Positions 35,317-44,227 are shown, counted from the first letter of the stretch. The stretch: DNA of 55,800 nucleotides from Verrucomicrobia bacterium UBA6775 (GCA_002453165.1 DKGH01000136.1:1522-57321), one strand, 5' to 3'. The notes: generated by a model not told the origin, from the sequence alone. Program-made: numbers and translations.

Positions 35317-35835
35317 ATGGCAAAGACCGACGTCATTTTAATCAAGAACGTGGAAGGGCTGGGTGCGGAATCCGATCAGGTCAACGTGGCCACCGGCTAC
35401 GCCCGCAATTTCCTGCTCCCGCAGGGCCTCGCAATTCCGCTGACACAGGGCAACGAACGCCGACTGGCAGCCCTCCGCAAACAACGGCAAGAACGCGAGT
35501 TGCGCGAAGCCAAGGACGCCAAGGAGTTGGCGGCCAGCTTCAAGCACCTGATGCTCGTCATTAAGGCCAAGACTGGCGAGACCGGCAAAATGTACGGCTC
35601 CGTCACCCCGGCGAATATCATCGACCAGCTTCTGGAGCAGTTCGAAATCAAGCTCGACCGCCGCAAACTCCACATCGAGGAACCCATCCGGACGGTGGGC
35701 GATCACGAGGTCGAGTTGCGCCTCCACTCAGAAGTCCGAACCACCCTCAAGGTTCGGGTGGAGAGCAGCAATCCCCTGCCGGAACCGGAACCCGAAACGG
35801 AGGCCGCACCCGCCGAGGAGGCCCCGGCAAGTTAA
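35317..35835 (+). CDS. rplI: 50S ribosomal protein L9
   Basis: VILIKNVEGLG ... VATGYARNFLLPQGLA. Confidence 0.9.
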   Translation: MAKTDVILIKNVEGLGAESDQVNVATGYARNFLLPQGLAIPLTQGNERRLAALRKQRQERELREAKDAKELAASFKHLMLVIKAKTGETGKMYGSVTPANIIDQLLEQFEIKLDRRKLHIEEPIRTVGDHEVELRLHSEVRTTLKVRVESSNPLPEPEPETEAAPAEEAPAS

Positions 35836-35849
35836 TCGATTTAATCATA

Positions 35850-36356
35850 ATGATGAAAAACAGGACAGCGCTTTTAATGGGAGCTGTCCTTTTTTTGTGC
35901 GGTTGTGAGTACGAGACACCCCTGACGGAAAAACATACCACTCCGATCGACCCGGCTGTGCTGGGCCTTTGGGAGACAGTTCCCGAAGACCGGGATGAGG
36001 AAAAGGAACGGATGATGATACTGAAATTCTCCAGCACCGAATACATCATCCACTATCCCGTCGGGGAAAACGCCATGTATTTCCGGGCCTAACCTGTCAA
36101 TGTCGGCGGAGTCTCATGCGTCCAGTTGCAGGCCATCGGTTCCAACGAGGGACCACCGGATCAGGGGGAGAAAGGCCTGTATCACGTTGCCTCCTACCAG
36201 CTATCGGACGCGAAACTCGAAATCAAACTTCTGAACGAGAAACTGGTGGATGATGAATTAAAGAAGACCGCCGAACTGACTCGCGCCTTCCTAGAGCACA
36301 AGGATAACAAAAACCTATTCGTCAACCCGGTCGAGTTTCGCCGGATCAAAAAGTAG
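35850..36356 (+). pseudogene. small lipoprotein gene interrupted by an in-frame TAA (36090-36092)
   Basis: Track ORFs 35850..36092 and 36126..36356 are in the same frame. The read-through sequence ...NAMYFRA*PVNVGGVSCVQLQAIGSNEG... is continuous. The signal and lipobox are LFLCGC. Confidence 0.5.
35862..35897 (+). terminator. intrinsic terminator after rplI, embedded in the first codons of the downstream lipoprotein ORF
   Basis: AGGACAGC gcttttaatggga GCTGTCCT followed by TTTTTTT. Confidence 0.5.
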
Positions 36357-36369
36357 CCCCAATTTCCTC

Positions 36370-36394
36370 CGCTTGGCCAAGCGCTTGGCCAAGT
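36370..36394. repeat. tandem dimer of the palindrome between convergent genes (abuts the carA stop codon)
   Basis: CGCTTGGCCAAGCGCTTGGCCAAGT. The carA stop (TAA, minus strand) is at 36394-36396 and the upstream gene's stop is at 36354-36356. Confidence 0.95.
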
Positions 36395-37572
36395 TATCCG
36401 TGCTTCTCAACCAACTGACGGAATTGCCCGAAAAGATCGCTTGAGTCGTGCGGCCCGGGCGACGCCTCGGGATGGTATTGCACACAGAAAACCGGCTTGG
36501 TCTTGTGGCGCAACCCCTCGACCGTCTGGTCATTGAGGTTGATCCGGTTCACCGCAACGTCATCCGGCAGTGAATCGGCGTCCACGGTGAAGCCGTGGTT
36601 TTGTGAAGTGATTTCCACCCGGCCGGAATCCAAATCCTTAACCGGCTGGTTTGCGCCGCGATGACCGAACTTGAGCTTGCTGGTCTTCCCGCCCATCGCG
36701 AGGCTGAGAATCTGGTGGCCAAGGCAGATGCCGAATGTCGGCAGCCCTTTTTTCAGCAACTCCGCCACGGCCTCCGCGGCATACGTCACCGCGGCCGGGT
36801 CGCCTGGGCCGTTCGACAGGAAAACACCAGCAGGGTTGTGCTTCAACGCCTCCTCGGCCGGTGTGTTCGCAGGCAGCACGGTCACCTTGAAGCCGCTCTG
36901 CCGCAGCATGCGCAGAATGTTGTATTTCACTCCGAAATCATAGGCGACGATCGGAATCTCCGCCGCCGGCATCGGATCACGCTGAATTCGCCCATCCAAT
37001 TCCTTCGGCCCGTAGGGCAATCGGAACGCCGGGCTCAACTCGTCGTTTTCATCCCAAGCGAACTCGGATTTGTGAGATACCTCCTTGACGTAATCCACCC
37101 CGACCAAGCCGTGCCACTCCTTGGCCTTGGCCAACGCGTCATCGGCCGTGGCGCCCTCTTCGGTGGTGAGATAGCCATTCATCGCGCCCCGAAGACGCAG
37201 TTTTTTAGTCAGCGCACGAGTATCGATACCCTGAATGCCCGGGATGCCGTTGCGCTCCATGTACTCCCCAAGCGAATAGTCAGCGCGGTAATTGCTGACC
37301 ACCGGCGAGAGCTCACGCACCACGAATCCGCTGGCATGGGTTTGGTACGACTCGACGTCCTGCTCGTTGACGCCATAGTTGCCGATCAACGGATACGTCA
37401 TCGTGACGATCTGCCCCTTGTAGGACGGATCGGTCAAAATCTCCTGATAACCCGTCATCGAGGTGTTGAAACAAACCTCCCCGGCGACTGACGCGGTTGC
37501 GCCAAACGCCTGCCCTTCGAAGATCGTCCCATCCTCCAGCGCGAGGATGGCTTTAGGCCCTGAGCCAGACAT
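36394..37572 (-). CDS. carA: carbamoyl-phosphate synthase small (glutaminase) subunit
   Basis: [28 protein letters not shown] and [12 protein letters not shown]. Confidence 0.95.
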   Translation of the reverse strand: MSGSGPKAILALEDGTIFEGQAFGATASVAGEVCFNTSMTGYQEILTDPSYKGQIVTMTYPLIGNYGVNEQDVESYQTHASGFVVRELSPVVSNYRADYSLGEYMERNGIPGIQGIDTRALTKKLRLRGAMNGYLTTEEGATADDALAKAKEWHGLVGVDYVKEVSHKSEFAWDENDELSPAFRLPYGPKELDGRIQRDPMPAAEIPIVAYDFGVKYNILRMLRQSGFKVTVLPANTPAEEALKHNPAGVFLSNGPGDPAAVTYAAEAVAELLKKGLPTFGICLGHQILSLAMGGKTSKLKFGHRGANQPVKDLDSGRVEITSQNHGFTVDADSLPDDVAVNRINLNDQTVEGLRHKTKPVFCVQYHPEASPGPHDSSDLFGQFRQLVEKHG

Positions 37573-37632
37573 CGCGGCAGACAGTAGAGAGACAAAGGCC
37601 GGTCGGCAAGCGTGTTACGCGATTGTGAACAA

Positions 37633-37683
37633 CTTGGCCAAGCGTAACTGAAAAACCAAGACGACCGTCCGCTTGGCCAAGCG
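37633..37683. repeat. two palindrome copies in the divergent carA/pgk intergenic region
   Basis: CTTGGCCAAGCG at 37633 and CGCTTGGCCAAGCG at 37670. Confidence 0.9.
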
Positions 37684-37724
37684 CTCAAACAGCGGAAAAT
37701 AGCCGTTTTTCAGGGACATAACCG

Positions 37725-37752
37725 TTGACACTCAATGCGGCACCGGTATGAT
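37725..37752 (+). promoter_or_regulatory. candidate sigma-70 promoter for pgk
   Basis: TTGACA (37725-37730), a 16-nt spacer, then TATGAT (37747-37752). It lies 25 nt upstream of the pgk ATG. Confidence 0.3.
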
Positions 37753-37776
37753 TTCCCGCCCTTTTCGGGGGAACGA

Positions 37777-39009
37777 ATGGCGAAACTCACAGTCAACGAT
37801 TTGGATTTGCAGGGCAAACGCGTATTTACACGCGTGGACTACAACGTGCCGATGGCCGAACAGGCCGGCGCGATGGTGATCAACGACGACACACGAATCC
37901 GCGCCACCCTCCCCACCCTCAAGGCCATGATCGACAAGGGCGCCAGGATTATCCTCGCCGCCCACCTCGGCCGACCCAAGGGCGAACGCGTCCCCTCCAT
38001 GAGCCTGCGCCCCGTGGCCGACAAGCTCGCCGAGCTTATCGGCCAACCGGTTGCATTTTGTGACCAGTGCGTCGGCGACTCGGTTGCCGAGGCCGTGAAT
38101 CAACTGGAGGACGGCGGTTTGTTGCTAATGGAAAACGTCCGCTACCACGCCGAGGAGGAATCCAACGACCCAGCCTTTGCCGAGCAACTCGCGGCCAATG
38201 CGGATGTCTACGTGAACGATGCTTTCGGGGCCGCCCACCGGGCGCACGCCTCCACCGCAGGCGTGGCCGGCGTCATCGCCGCCCGCGGCGGCCAATGCGC
38301 GGCCGGCCTGTTGATGGAGCGCGAACTGCAGTTCCTCGGCGACGAACTCGAATCTCCCGCAAGCCCGTTCGTCGTGATCCTTGGCGGCGCCAAGGTGTCC
38401 GACAAAATCAAGGTCATCGACCGCCTGCTTGAGAAGGCCGACACCATACTCATTGGTGGCGCCATGGCTTACACGTTCAAGCTGGCCAAGGGCCTCACGG
38501 TTGGCAAGTCGCTGGTGGAACGTGACAAGGTGGACGTTGCCCAGGCCGCCCTCGACAAAGCCGCTGAGCGAAACGTGCAGTTTCTCATTCCGACCGACAA
38601 CGTCGTAGCCGAGCCAACCGAGATTGATGGCAAGTTCGCCTTTGGCGATCATCGGGTGAACGATAGCGAAAACATCCCCGACGATGTCGAGGGCGTTGAC
38701 ATCGGCCCCAACTCCGCCGAAACCTTTAGCGAGGTTATCCGCGGTGCGAAGACAATTTTGTGGAACGGCCCGATGGGTATTTTTGAAGACGACCGCTTTT
38801 CCGCCGGCACATTCGCCGTGGCCCGTGCCGTATGCGACGCCACCGCATCCGGAGGCAAGAGCATCATCGGCGGAGGCGACAGCGTGAAAGCGCTGAACAA
38901 GGCCGGTCTCGGTGATCAAGTGACCTTCATGAGCACCGGCGGTGGAGCGAGCCTCGAGTTTCTCGAGGGCAAGGAACTCCCCGGCGTCGCCGCACTCACC
39001 GACAAATAA
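37777..39009 (+). CDS. pgk: phosphoglycerate kinase
   Basis: [21 protein letters not shown] and [17 protein letters not shown] at 37777. Confidence 0.95.
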   Translation: MAKLTVNDLDLQGKRVFTRVDYNVPMAEQAGAMVINDDTRIRATLPTLKAMIDKGARIILAAHLGRPKGERVPSMSLRPVADKLAELIGQPVAFCDQCVGDSVAEAVNQLEDGGLLLMENVRYHAEEESNDPAFAEQLAANADVYVNDAFGAAHRAHASTAGVAGVIAARGGQCAAGLLMERELQFLGDELESPASPFVVILGGAKVSDKIKVIDRLLEKADTILIGGAMAYTFKLAKGLTVGKSLVERDKVDVAQAALDKAAERNVQFLIPTDNVVAEPTEIDGKFAFGDHRVNDSENIPDDVEGVDIGPNSAETFSEVIRGAKTILWNGPMGIFEDDRFSAGTFAVARAVCDATASGGKSIIGGGDSVKALNKAGLGDQVTFMSTGGGASLEFLEGKELPGVAALTDK

Positions 39010-39018
39010 TTTTATCGA

Positions 39019-39783
39019 ATGGACAAAGAACGAAAACTGATCATTGCCGGCAACTGGAAGATGAACAAGACCGTGGCCGAGTCGCTCGACCTGGCCAACG
39101 GCTTGGTTCGGGAACTCAAGGAAGTGAAGGAAGTGGACATCGCCATCTGCCCGCCGTTCACCGCACTGAGCGAAGTTTCCAAGGCGGTCATCGATTCCAA
39201 CATCCGCCTCGGCGCACAGAACATGAGCCAGAACGGCTACGGCGCCCACACCGGCGAAATCGCCGCCGGAATGCTCAAGGAATTTTCCACCAAGTACGTC
39301 ATCCTCGGCCACTCCGAGCGCCGCGAGTATCAGCGCGAATCGGACGAACTCATCGCTGGCAAGGCCAAGGCCGCCCACGAGGCCGGCCTAAAGCCGATCG
39401 TTTGCGTGGGCGAACAACTCGAGGAACGCGAGTCAGGCAACACCGAGAACGTTGTCGGCACACAGGTGCGCGGCAGCTTGGCGGGCTTGACCATGGAGGA
39501 AATGCTCGGCACGGTCATCGCCTACGAGCCGGTCTGGGCCATCGGTACAGGCAAAACTGCCACCGCCGAGCAGGCGCAGGAGGTTCACGCGTTCATTCGC
39601 AACCTATTGGCGGATTTGTTCGATGCCGACACAGCCAAGGCGGTGCGCATCCAGTATGGCGGCAGCGTGAAACCGGATAACGCCCGGGAACTGATGAGCC
39701 AACCGGACGTAGACGGCGCCCTGGTCGGCGGAGCCTCACTCGATGTGCGGGTCTTTTCCGAGCTGATTAAAAACTCAATTTAA
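39019..39783 (+). CDS. tpiA: triosephosphate isomerase
   Basis: [27 protein letters not shown] and QYGGSV. Confidence 0.95.
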   Translation: MDKERKLIIAGNWKMNKTVAESLDLANGLVRELKEVKEVDIAICPPFTALSEVSKAVIDSNIRLGAQNMSQNGYGAHTGEIAAGMLKEFSTKYVILGHSERREYQRESDELIAGKAKAAHEAGLKPIVCVGEQLEERESGNTENVVGTQVRGSLAGLTMEEMLGTVIAYEPVWAIGTGKTATAEQAQEVHAFIRNLLADLFDADTAKAVRIQYGGSVKPDNARELMSQPDVDGALVGGASLDVRVFSELIKNSI

Positions 39784-39795
39784 CGACAAACGAAC

Positions 39796-40290
39796 ATGAG
39801 CATTCTTATCACATTATTAACCACCGTACTGGTTCTGAACTGTTTCTTCCTGGTGCTGTTGATCCTGATCCAGCTACCGAAAAAGGAATCCGGTTCCGGT
39901 CTGGCATTCGGAGGCGGCGCGCTCGACATGGCGCTTGGTGCCGGGGCGGGCAACGTCCTCACCCGTTTCACCAAATATTCCGCCTCCCTCTTCCTGATCC
40001 TCTGCCTTGTGCTGGCCGTCATCGGCAACAACGGGAACAAAAGCGTACTGGAGTCAGGATTGAGCGAGGCGCCCAAAGCCGCAAATTCGGAAGTCACCGA
40101 ACCGCCAACCGCGCCCGGGACTCAGGGCCCAGCCGGCACCGAGGTTCCGGCAACCGCACCGGGAACACCGGAAAACACGGACAACACCGAACCCCCGACT
40201 GGCACCGAGACCACACCGACACCGGACGCAGCCACCACAGAGACTCCGGAGACTCCGGCACAACCCGCCGAAGGCGAGGAAGAGAAGTAA
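39796..40290 (+). CDS. secG: preprotein translocase subunit SecG with long Pro/Thr/Glu-rich C-terminal tail
   Basis: Two TM segments and LIQLPKKESGSGLAFGGG. It sits in the conserved position after tpiA. Confidence 0.8.
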   Translation: MSILITLLTTVLVLNCFFLVLLILIQLPKKESGSGLAFGGGALDMALGAGAGNVLTRFTKYSASLFLILCLVLAVIGNNGNKSVLESGLSEAPKAANSEVTEPPTAPGTQGPAGTEVPATAPGTPENTDNTEPPTGTETTPTPDAATTETPETPAQPAEGEEEK

Positions 40291-40303
40291 CCGGAGGTCG
40301 CCC

Positions 40304-41905
40304 ATGACTTTCAAAAGCGTTCCTGTGCGATTGGCGGGAACGTTTTTTTTGTGCCTGTTGCTGCTTGGCCAAGCGGGCTGCTTTCAGCGGCATGACCGGG
40401 CCGACTTCACTGTCATCAATGGCCCCGACCCCGAGGCGCTTGACCCCGCGATCATCACCAGCCAGGCGGATGGCCGGATCGTCTCCGCGATGTTCGAGGG
40501 CCTCACCCGATTCAACGCCGTCACCGCCCAGGCTGAGCCGGCCTTGGCCAAGCGCTGGGAAATCTCGGACGACGGGACGGTCTATACTTTTCACCTTCGG
40601 GAGAATCTCCGCTGGTCCACCGGCGAGCCGATCACGGCCGCCGATATTGTCTACTCGTGGCAACGCGCCGTGAACCCGCTCACTGCCAGCGACTATGCCG
40701 GCATGCTTTTTTACGTCAAAAACGCCGAGGCGATTAACAGTGGCAAAATCTCCGACCTCACCCAACTCGGTGCCAAGTCCGTCGACCCACAGACCGTCCG
40801 AGTCGAACTGACCGGCCCCACCCCGTTTTTCCTCGAGTTGTGCGCGTTCTGGACGCTCGCTGTTGTGCCGCAAAAAACCATCGAGCAACACGGCGACCAA
40901 TGGTGCCTCAGCAACCCCCTCTCGGTCAGTGGCTCGCACACGCTCGACTTTTGGAACGTGCGCGACCGGGTTCGGCTGCGGAAAAACGAACAGTACTGGG
41001 ATGCCGCCAACACGAAAAACAACATCGTCGATTTTCTCCCGGTCGATTCCCCGGCTACTGCGATCAACCTGTTCGAGGCCGGCCAAGCGGATGTGATTTG
41101 GGACAAGAGCCTCGTGCCCACCGAGTTGCTCGACGCGCTCAGCACCCACCCCAGTTTTCACAAATTCGATTACCTCGGCAGTTACTTCGTGCGGTTCAAC
41201 ACAACCAAAAAACCGCTCGATGATCCCCGCGTGCGCAAGGCGATGGCGCTGGCAGTCGACAAGGCGAGGATCGTCGAGAAATACACCAAGGGCGGCGAGC
41301 GCTTGGCCCGGCACTTTGTCCCACCCGGCACCGGTAACTACACCTCGCCGGAGGGGCTGTCGCACGACGTCCGCTTGGCCAAGCGGCTGCTAGCCGAGGC
41401 CGGTTACCCGGACGGCAACGGTTTCCCCACCGACTTTGAATACCTCTTCAACTCAAGCGAACTCAACCGCAACATCGCCGTCGAGCTGCAGCGGATGTGG
41501 AAAGAGACGCTTGGCATCCAGATCAAGCTGCGACAGGCGGAAAACAAGGTCTACCTCTCCGCGCAAAGCGCGCTGGACTACCACGTCTCGCGCAGTAGTT
41601 GGATCGGCGACTACAACGACCCCAACACCTTTCTCGACATGTTCATGAGCCAGAACGGCAACAACCGCACCGGCTGGAGCAATGAGCAATACGACCAAAC
41701 CATCCGCTTGGCCAATGCCACCACCGATCCAACCAAGCGTCACGAATTGTTCCAACAGGCGGAGACCATGTTGATCAACGACGAACTGCCAATCTTCCCG
41801 CTTTTCTTTTATGTCGGCATCAACATTTATCATCCTGATCGCATTGGCGGCATCCACCCGAACATCCTCGACATCCACCCAATCAACGCCATCTACGCGA
41901 AATAG
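40304..41905 (+). CDS. ABC transporter substrate-binding lipoprotein, family 5 (oligopeptide/dipeptide-type)
   Basis: Lipobox LLLLGQAGC and the SBP_bac_5 pattern (EGLTRFN ... LAKRWEISDDGTVYTFHLRENLRWS). No permease or ATPase genes are adjacent. Confidence 0.85.
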   Translation: MTFKSVPVRLAGTFFLCLLLLGQAGCFQRHDRADFTVINGPDPEALDPAIITSQADGRIVSAMFEGLTRFNAVTAQAEPALAKRWEISDDGTVYTFHLRENLRWSTGEPITAADIVYSWQRAVNPLTASDYAGMLFYVKNAEAINSGKISDLTQLGAKSVDPQTVRVELTGPTPFFLELCAFWTLAVVPQKTIEQHGDQWCLSNPLSVSGSHTLDFWNVRDRVRLRKNEQYWDAANTKNNIVDFLPVDSPATAINLFEAGQADVIWDKSLVPTELLDALSTHPSFHKFDYLGSYFVRFNTTKKPLDDPRVRKAMALAVDKARIVEKYTKGGERLARHFVPPGTGNYTSPEGLSHDVRLAKRLLAEAGYPDGNGFPTDFEYLFNSSELNRNIAVELQRMWKETLGIQIKLRQAENKVYLSAQSALDYHVSRSSWIGDYNDPNTFLDMFMSQNGNNRTGWSNEQYDQTIRLANATTDPTKRHELFQQAETMLINDELPIFPLFFYVGINIYHPDRIGGIHPNILDIHPINAIYAK

Positions 41906-42062
41906 CGCTTGGACAAGCGGAAAAGAAAAATCGGTTTTGGCCCTTTTAACGCTTTTCTTTTAGCCCAGTTTTTACGAGATTTGCCGCCCTTTTTCGCCAA
42001 GGAGTGTGAACGTCGCGGCAAACTTTCATCGCACGATGCACTCATTTGGCCAGTAGAATATC

Positions 42063-43046
42063 ATGAGTGAACCGAAAGAAAACGCGCCTTGGGTGACATT
42101 CCGCCCGGAAATAAAGGTGCTCGACTGCACCGTCCGTGATGGTGGCCTGATCAACGCCCACAAGTTCGAGGACAATTTCGTCAAGGCCGTCTACGACACC
42201 TGCATCGAGTCTGGCATCGACTACATGGAACTCGGCTACAAGGCCTCCAAGGATCAATTTGCCCGGGCCGATTTTGGCGACTGGAAATTTTGCGACGAGG
42301 ACGACATCCGCCGCATCGTCGGTGAAAACGACACACCCCTCAAACTCACCGCAATGGCCGACGCCGGAAAAACCGACTACAAAACCGACATCCTCCCGTC
42401 CGACGAGAGCGTGCTCGACTGCATCCGTGTGGCCACCTACGCACACCAGATTCCTACCGCGGTGGAAATGATCAAGGACGCACACGATAAGGGTTACGAG
42501 ACCTGCTGCAACATCATGGCGATCAGCACCGTGGCCGACTCCGAGATCGACAAGGCCCTCGAGACTCTTGCCGAGACACCGGTCGAGACCGTGGTGGTTG
42601 TGGACAGTTACGGCGCGCTTTACCACGAGCAAATCCGCGCACTGGTGAAGAAGTATGTCGCCATGGCCAACGCCACCGGTAAGGAGGTCGGCATTCACAC
42701 GCACAACAACATGCAGCTCGCCTTCGCCAACACCATCGAGGCGATCATCCAAGGCGCCAACCGGATCGACGCCACTATGCTCGGCCTTGGCCGGGGCGCT
42801 GGCAACTGCCCGATGGAACTGCTACTTGGCTTCCTGAAAAACCCCAAGTTCAACCTGCGCCCCATTTTCAAGCTGTTGCAGGATCACCTCATGCCGCTCC
42901 GGCGAACCAAGGAGTGGGGCGCCCTCATCCCCTACGTCGTCACCGGCATTCTGAACCAGCACCCACGAGCCGCGATGCGCGTCCGCGACACCGAGGAAAA
43001 AAACCAATTCCTCGAATTCTACGACGCCTGCACCTCAGAAGTCTAA
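42063..43046 (+). CDS. HMGL-like / DRE-TIM aldolase family protein (pyruvate carboxyltransferase domain)
   Basis: LDCTVRDGG at the N-terminus and the metal-binding GIHTHNN motif. The specific function is not assignable. Confidence 0.7.
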   Translation: MSEPKENAPWVTFRPEIKVLDCTVRDGGLINAHKFEDNFVKAVYDTCIESGIDYMELGYKASKDQFARADFGDWKFCDEDDIRRIVGENDTPLKLTAMADAGKTDYKTDILPSDESVLDCIRVATYAHQIPTAVEMIKDAHDKGYETCCNIMAISTVADSEIDKALETLAETPVETVVVVDSYGALYHEQIRALVKKYVAMANATGKEVGIHTHNNMQLAFANTIEAIIQGANRIDATMLGLGRGAGNCPMELLLGFLKNPKFNLRPIFKLLQDHLMPLRRTKEWGALIPYVVTGILNQHPRAAMRVRDTEEKNQFLEFYDACTSEV

Positions 43047-43069
43047 CAACGCCCAACATCTTTCCAAAA

Positions 43070-43094
43070 GGCGGCCGAACGGCCGTCTTTTTTG
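43070..43094 (+). terminator. intrinsic terminator after the aldolase-like gene
   Basis: GGCGGCC gaac GGCCGTC (7 bp, one G-U pair) followed by TTTTTTGTTGGTTTTT. Confidence 0.55.
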
Positions 43095-43129
43095 TTGGTT
43101 TTTCTTCCATCCGTTTTTAGTTTCCAGCC

Positions 43130-44218
43130 ATGACTCCACGTGAGGCTTTGGTGGTTTTGAATTTACTCGAGGGAATCGGGCCGATTCGGACCCGCCAACT
43201 GCTCGAGTTTTTCGGGGCGGCAACCAAGGTGCTCGAGGCACCGCTCCCTGCGCTCAGGCGTGTGAAGGGAATCGGGGATGATCTGGCCTCAACCATTCGA
43301 CAGTGGGAAACCACAACCGACCTGACCGGTGAACTGAAACGAGTCGAGGAATTCGGGGCGCGGCTCGTTTTTCAGGAGGACGACGAGTATCCCGAGTTGC
43401 TGCGGGAAATCTACGATCCTCCAATCGTGCTTTACGTGAAAGGCCGGCTGTTGCCGGAGGATCGCAACAGCATCTCGATGGTCGGCGCGCGCCGGACGAC
43501 CCACTACGGCCAGGACACCGCCCGCAAACTCGCGTACCAACTTGCCGGCGCAGGCATCACGGTGGTCAGCGGCGGCGCGCGCGGCATCGACTCCGCCTCG
43601 CATCAGGGCGCCCTCTCGGCCAAGGGCCGAACCCTCGCCGTGCTCGGCACCGGCATCAACATTGTTTACCCGGCGGAAAACGCGGAGCTGTACGAACGCA
43701 TCTCGGAGAACGGCGCCGTGCTTACCCAGTTCCCCTTCAACCGGAAGGGCGACAAGCAGAGCTTCCCAATCCGCAACCGCATCGTTGCCGGGATGACGCT
43801 TGGCACCGTGGTGGTGGAGGCCGACCTGAAAAGCGGCTCGCTGATCACCGCCAATATGGCGGCGGACAACAACCGGCAGGTGTTCGCCGTGCCCGGTCGG
43901 GTGGACTCGCCGCAGAGCCGCGGCTGCCACAACTTGATCCGCGAGGGCGCAGTCCTCTGCGAAAATGCGGATGACATTCTCGCGGAGTTCGAAAATCTGG
44001 CGCTTGGCCAAGCGGACGACTCACCCAACCTGCCCCTGGCTAACCTCACCGAGACGGAGCAAAAGATCCTCGACGTATTGGACGCAACCGAGCAGCCGAT
44101 CGATACGCTCATTGACAGGACCGGCCTCCCGGTGTCGAGCGTCTCTGTGGCGTTGTTGGGATTGGAAATGAAGCGCCTGGCCAAGCAGTTGCCCGGCAAG
44201 CTATTCGCCCGTCGGTAA
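43130..44218 (+). CDS. dprA: DNA-processing protein DprA (Smf)
   Basis: GARGIDSASHQGAL, FPIRNRIVAG and LITANMAADNNRQVFAVPG. Confidence 0.9.
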   Translation: MTPREALVVLNLLEGIGPIRTRQLLEFFGAATKVLEAPLPALRRVKGIGDDLASTIRQWETTTDLTGELKRVEEFGARLVFQEDDEYPELLREIYDPPIVLYVKGRLLPEDRNSISMVGARRTTHYGQDTARKLAYQLAGAGITVVSGGARGIDSASHQGALSAKGRTLAVLGTGINIVYPAENAELYERISENGAVLTQFPFNRKGDKQSFPIRNRIVAGMTLGTVVVEADLKSGSLITANMAADNNRQVFAVPGRVDSPQSRGCHNLIREGAVLCENADDILAEFENLALGQADDSPNLPLANLTETEQKILDVLDATEQPIDTLIDRTGLPVSSVSVALLGLEMKRLAKQLPGKLFARR

Positions 44219-44227
44219 GCCCGTGGT

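Noticed and set aside
463-36092. The possibility that the two in-frame TAA codons (463-465 and 36090-36092) indicate stop-codon reassignment.
   Set aside because: TAA is used as a genuine terminator by several well-defined genes in the window, for example the YjbQ-family gene, the esterase, carA, pgk and nuoG. The two sites would also require different amino acids, Gln and Tyr. Independent nonsense mutations or sequencing errors are more parsimonious.
38125-39378. Long antisense or alternative-frame ORFs. Examples are 38125..39378(-) 417 aa, 40094..41365(-) 423 aa, 22414..23514(+) 366 aa, 29024..30100(+) 358 aa, 5828..6742(+) 304 aa, 8853..9797(+) 314 aa, 9816..10586(+), 36661..37491(+), 43289..44011(-), and the 5' half of 12424..13752(+).
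   Set aside because: Each fully overlaps a confidently identified gene (pgk/tpiA, SBP, oxidoreductase, DUF1080, esterase, recG, carA, dprA, rlmB). Their translations are Arg/Gly/Ala/Pro-rich low-complexity sequence, typical of shadow ORFs in high-GC DNA. None shows a recognisable motif.
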